Positions 59,501 through 64,000 of a stretch of 64,000 nucleotides of DNA are shown here, one piece after another. A program made the translations under genes and the position numbers. This DNA is from Utricularia gibba (Eukaryota > Plantae > Magnoliophyta), in assembly GCA_002189035.1 (NCBI GenBank), contig NEEC01000002.1, positions 5,146,001-5,210,000 of the forward strand, read 5' to 3'. The notes beneath the pieces were generated by a model that had not been told where the DNA came from, made no database searches, and saw nothing but the letters and a program-made list of their open reading frames with translations. Each line of letters begins with the position of its first letter. Positions within the stretch are counted from its first letter, which is position 1.

Positions 59501-60759
59501 TGATATAGAGTTTAACCTATTTAAAGTGGAACAAGTAGAGTAAAGCTGGACTGTCACCGTAAGAGAAAATTAGCAAAATACATATTTTTGAAAAGTCATT
59601 GGTAAAATACCGAAGGTTGGGAAAGTGTTTGCAAAATGCATATTTTTTTACCAAATTTGTCAGATCTATTGGAGTCCATAATGAAGGAGAGAGTTTTTGA
59701 ATTACTAACATTAATGTCACTTGTAATATAGGAATTGGTGTTATAGAACTTGACACACAGTCAAACATTATCACTATCCACTGTGATTCATTGTAACTTT
59801 GACCATTGGTTCGGGAATCAAATAATAAATGTGAAATTTCGATTGGAAGTCATGAAAACAAGAAAAAACAAAGAGAAGGAATCATAGTAGCACTCTTGAG
59901 GTGAAATCTAAAAGCCATTGAACGAAGAGGAAAGAGGAAATGAGGGATATCGAAGGGGGGAGGGGATGAACTGATTTTACAACTTAGTAGTGGAATCTTA
60001 CACAATCCAAGTTAATCTATAACTCATATTTTACAAAAAAAAAACATGTACTTTGCTAACTCTTTCTTTACTTGAGGCATTTTATCAACTCATATTTTTT
60101 AAATATGTATTTTTCCAATCTAATCCATTTTCTAATTCACAATTAGTATTTTTCTTTTAAGTAGACTTATTTCTCTTCCTATATAAGAAGAGACTTATCC
60201 TTATTTGGGAATAATTCTAATTATAATATATTTTAAGATCAATACTCTCACTTTTAATTCTTATAGAACCTTAAACTTATAAAATTTTTTTGTAATGTCT
60301 TTTATGGTTTATTACTCCCATGTTCTTCTTATACAATGAGTGTGACGCCATTTCCATAGATTAGGTTGCAAGGATATCATTCCTTAAGGGCCAATTTCTT
60401 TTTTTGAAAGATTGATTCATTAAAAACCCAAGATCTAATTTGTCAAAATTCTTTTTTGAGGTGTCGGATCATGATTAAGATCAAGTGTGGGAAAAATTTC
60501 CTATTAATTCTATAATCCCATTAAACGAAAAATGGTGCTATAATGGTTATCAAACATCACTATTTTCAAATATCCCTAAAATTTGTGTAAACAAATCAGT
60601 CCCCAAGCTTATATACCTAATGAGAAGAAGTTTATCTTCAATCATGATGTTTCTTTTGATGAAGGTGCAAAATGTACTTTAACTAACGATTGTCTTTCTA
60701 TGAATAATGTAGTAGATGATAAAAGTTATGGAGGGCAAGATGTTCATGTGAAGATTGAC

Positions 60760-61841
60760 TGATAAACGAAAAATTTGTGCAAAGTCGTTAATTTGCAAAT
60801 TTCTCCTATCAAATAAAATTTTGTAAACCTAATTCACATCAAATCATATGAAAAATATTAGTATAATGGACTAGAGTCAAACACAAGGAGCTAGGTGCTT
60901 GCTATGTGAAGATCAATGCAAGGAATCAATATCACGTTGGTAGAATTGATCTTAACTAAGACTAAGGCAGAACTACAACAGAATACAGTAAAAAAAAAGT
61001 AATAAGTTTTGGAGCTCGGTTGTTTCTGAAATGAAATGGGTGATGCTTTGGGATTCCTAGGGGATGTATGTTTATCACTAAATACGCTCACACAAACCAT
61101 AAATCATACAACTAATTCACAAGATCTAGGTCTACTCGGACTCTTACTTTCCCCTAATCTTTGGTCTACCTCTAATTAGGGTTGTTAAGTTGACGTGACT
61201 TATGGTTGATTAGGTCTAAAGATTGATTAGCACATCTATCCCCCTTTCACCCCAAGATACCCCTTAAGTACTTAGCCACTCATGCTTAAGATTAACGAAA
61301 ATAGAAAAAAAAGCATCATCCACAATGTACTCATCCCTCAATCGACTACCAGAAAATAAACAAGCAAGAAACTTAAAAGTCCAATAGAAAGCGGGAAAAT
61401 GTCGCTAGCTATTTTTCGCTAAGAGTAATAATCCTTGGAAACAGAAAATATTCTTAAAACTTCAGCTTCATTCCTGTTCATCTTCCTCCTTCTCCAAAAA
61501 GAATATCGTGAGTCTCCAATGGGAGAGATATGACCTCTCTCCATCTTGTCCCTCTTTTTGTCCAAAATCTCTCTTTTTCTCCTCTTTGGATTTTGTATGT
61601 ACTCCTTTTTAGACTTTTGGACTCATCTTCTGCCACTACACTGTGCATATCCGGCTCCTTGGGATTTGTGTTGCCACCTGTGCTGCATTGTTAAAAGAAA
61701 ACTATTAGAAGATTGGGACTAATTTAGTCCCAACTAAGACTAAAATAACACAACTACGGTATTTATGCGCAAAAATATGAAATTAGACAATAAAACTTAA
61801 TTTTTGTAGCATAATATAAATCTTTTCCATGTACTTAATCA
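60760..61841 (-). mobile_element. Fourth, older member of the TGATAAAC solo-LTR family
   Basis: Starts TGATAAACGAAAAATTT..CCTATCAAATAAAATTT (matches the starts at 4922 and 20153) and ends TTAATCA. Flanks TTGAC/TTCAA match only 3/5. Confidence 0.6.
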
Positions 61842-62228
61842 TTCAAAAATATGTGTTATCACTGACCATTGAACACATATACCTCAAAAAAACTCTTCCA
61901 ACAATTCAATCAACCATGAAAATGTTGATGGAAATGAACATATATAGGGAAAATGAGAATTCAGAATTAAGCTCAGAACCCTTAGCAAAAGAATCAAATC
62001 AAGTAAATGATCTATATTTAGATGGGAATGTACCACCCCTAGAAGTAAAGGATGTAACAAATGCGAAATACTCATCATCCGATGAATCTGATGGAGAGGA
62101 ACTTGATACTGATGATGAGGATTATTATACATCTTACCGTGATTGGAAAAGTAGGAAAAACAAAAAGAAATACATAGTCAAAAGATGATGAGGATAATAT
62201 CTTTCTGACACTGCTTTGAAAGTCATAG
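61842..62228 (+). mobile_element. Degenerate acidic ORF, probably a transposase (MULE-like) remnant hosting the LTR insertions
   Basis: SSSDESDGEELDTDDEDY acidic tract between two LTRs. No diagnostic catalytic motif seen. Confidence 0.3.
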
Positions 62229-64000
62229 TGATGTGGGCCATGGATTTGGAACACACCTCACAAATGAAGCTAGTGGAAGCTAATGTAACCTAAGGGAAGC
62301 ACACGAAACATGTGTTTTTTTTTTTGGCTTTTAAGAATTCGTATTTCTCCTTCTTTGAATCTCCTGGTAGAAGGATTAAGAAAGCGTGCTTCCATCAATT
62401 TGTTCTCTTGTTTCAGGTTTGTGTGACCAGTAGCTAAAGGTCAAGAGTCTATCATTCTTGAGCACATTGAGGTTCCGCAATGTGCTTGTAGCAGCCCCTG
62501 TTGTAGCAGTGGTGTGTGAGCTGATTTTTGTATTTGTTTGCTTCTATTTTCTAATCATTCCCATGACCCTCATGTTCTAGTGCATGGGGATAAAGTTGGA
62601 ATTGTTGAAACTTTCAATTGTTATCAATTGGGTGGATGTTATAGTGTCCTTGAATTATTGTTAAGTCCCAAAATTTCCTATCTATCTACATCATTTGATG
62701 CTAGAAGGAGCGCAACGGCGATGATATCTATGGTACGTAGAGGAGGAAGAGGTTATGTCCATCCCACGAACAAGGAGTTTTTGATGAAGCAAATGTTTGA
62801 AGCCTTAGACAAAAAAGTAGACCAATTGGTGTGCAACTTGGAACACCTTTTGTCACAAAATGGGCAACCCATTCCAAACCATCCATAGCATACTTTCATA
62901 AATGAGGTTGAGTCACCTGAAATGACTAACTTCAGATCTTTTAATGGGGGCAAGCATCATTCGACACCTGGAGTCATCTCAAATGAAGGAGATCGATGTT
63001 GGGAATCTGGGTTTAAAATTGATATACCTAAATTCCATGGTGGGTTACAAGCGGAGGAGTTCCTTAATTGGATAGCGACTGTGGAGGAAGTTCTGGACTT
63101 CAAGAACGTACCAGATGAATGTCAGGTTGCTCTTGTGACCACTCGATTCAGAGGAAGAGCATCTTTTGGTGGCAATAAGTTAAACTCTCATGCACACGAA
63201 TGGGCAAGGCTAAGTCGTAGTTATGAGAGAAGTTGAAGAAACATCTCCATGCCATGTTTCTTTCGTATAACTACTAGCGTCTTTTTATTCAGCAATTGCA
63301 AGGCTTGAAATAGGGAACCAAATCTGTGGAGGATCATACCAAAGAATTTAATCAACCATTTTCCAGTGTTGAACTTTAGGAAACAGAGGAGCAACTGGTG
63401 GGACAATATATTATTACTTTGAGACCCTCTATTCATAAAGTTCTAAATCAACTTGAACCCGTATCTATAGTCGAGGCCTACCAAAGAGCACTCATAATGG
63501 AGCAGCAATCTAAGAAGAACTCTTCACATTTTATTGGATCCTCATCAGAGATAACTCACTCTTTTAGGGATACTCAGGCTCCGAACACCATGGTTAGTTC
63601 CTTAGAACCTAACAGAAGTAAGGTGAGGAGCCAGCTCAAGTGTTACACATGTGGAGAGTTGGGGCATAAACAAGCCAATTGCAAGAAAGCAAGAAAGAAG
63701 GTGCTTCTTGTTGAAAATGAAGATGAGTCTAAGGGTGAACTAGATCCTAGATTTGGGGACCTATTTATTGAGTTAGTAGGTGAAGAGTTTGTAATATTTT
63801 CCAATTGACGTACTCTTAGGGCCATCTTGGCAATACGATTGTGATACCCTTCATGTCGGTAAGAAGAATATGTACTCATTTGATTTTATTGGGACTAAGA
63901 TTGTGTTATTGCCCTCTAAACCTCGGTTGAATTGAAAGTTTTGGTCAGTTTGTTCTCATGTAAATAGTTAGTTGAGGAGATTGGGGATAGTGTGACCTTC
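62229..64000 (+). mobile_element. CRM-type chromovirus: 5' LTR (62229-62693) and degenerate gag
   Basis: LTR termini TGATG...CATCA with a degenerate PBS after it. gag FKIDIPKFHGGLQAEEFLNWIATVEEVLDFKNVP..ALVTTRFRGRAS. Zinc knuckle CYTCGELGHKQANC. Confidence 0.85.

Overview
Plant (eudicot-like) nuclear genomic DNA. The left half (1-31.5 kb) is AT-rich and full of nested LTR-retrotransposon debris: Ty3/gypsy, Ty1/copia, and solo LTRs with intact target-site duplications. It also holds a clade-3 glutamate-receptor-like gene, a plastid-type YacP/Rae1 NYN nuclease gene and scattered, degenerate copies of a putative membrane-protein gene I cannot assign. A TE-free gene block (32-57 kb) contains an uncharacterised plant protein, NDC80, a DUF3411/RETICULATA-related gene, a MIR166 locus, a RECQ4A-like helicase and a subclass-I SnRK2. 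The right end returns to TE debris, ending in a CRM-type chromovirus 5' LTR plus gag. Main second-look items: (i) a second, degenerate miR166-related hairpin about 150 nt downstream of the intact MIR166 hairpin; (ii) the unassigned local gene family, which shows a codon-level coding signature; (iii) a GLR3 with a 1-nt frameshift and no cytoplasmic tail; (iv) a second 1-nt homopolymer frameshift in the DUF3411 gene, raising the possibility of assembly errors; (v) a four-ATG uORF overlapping a main start codon. All calls were made by eye with no database searches; TE boundaries without TSDs are approximate.
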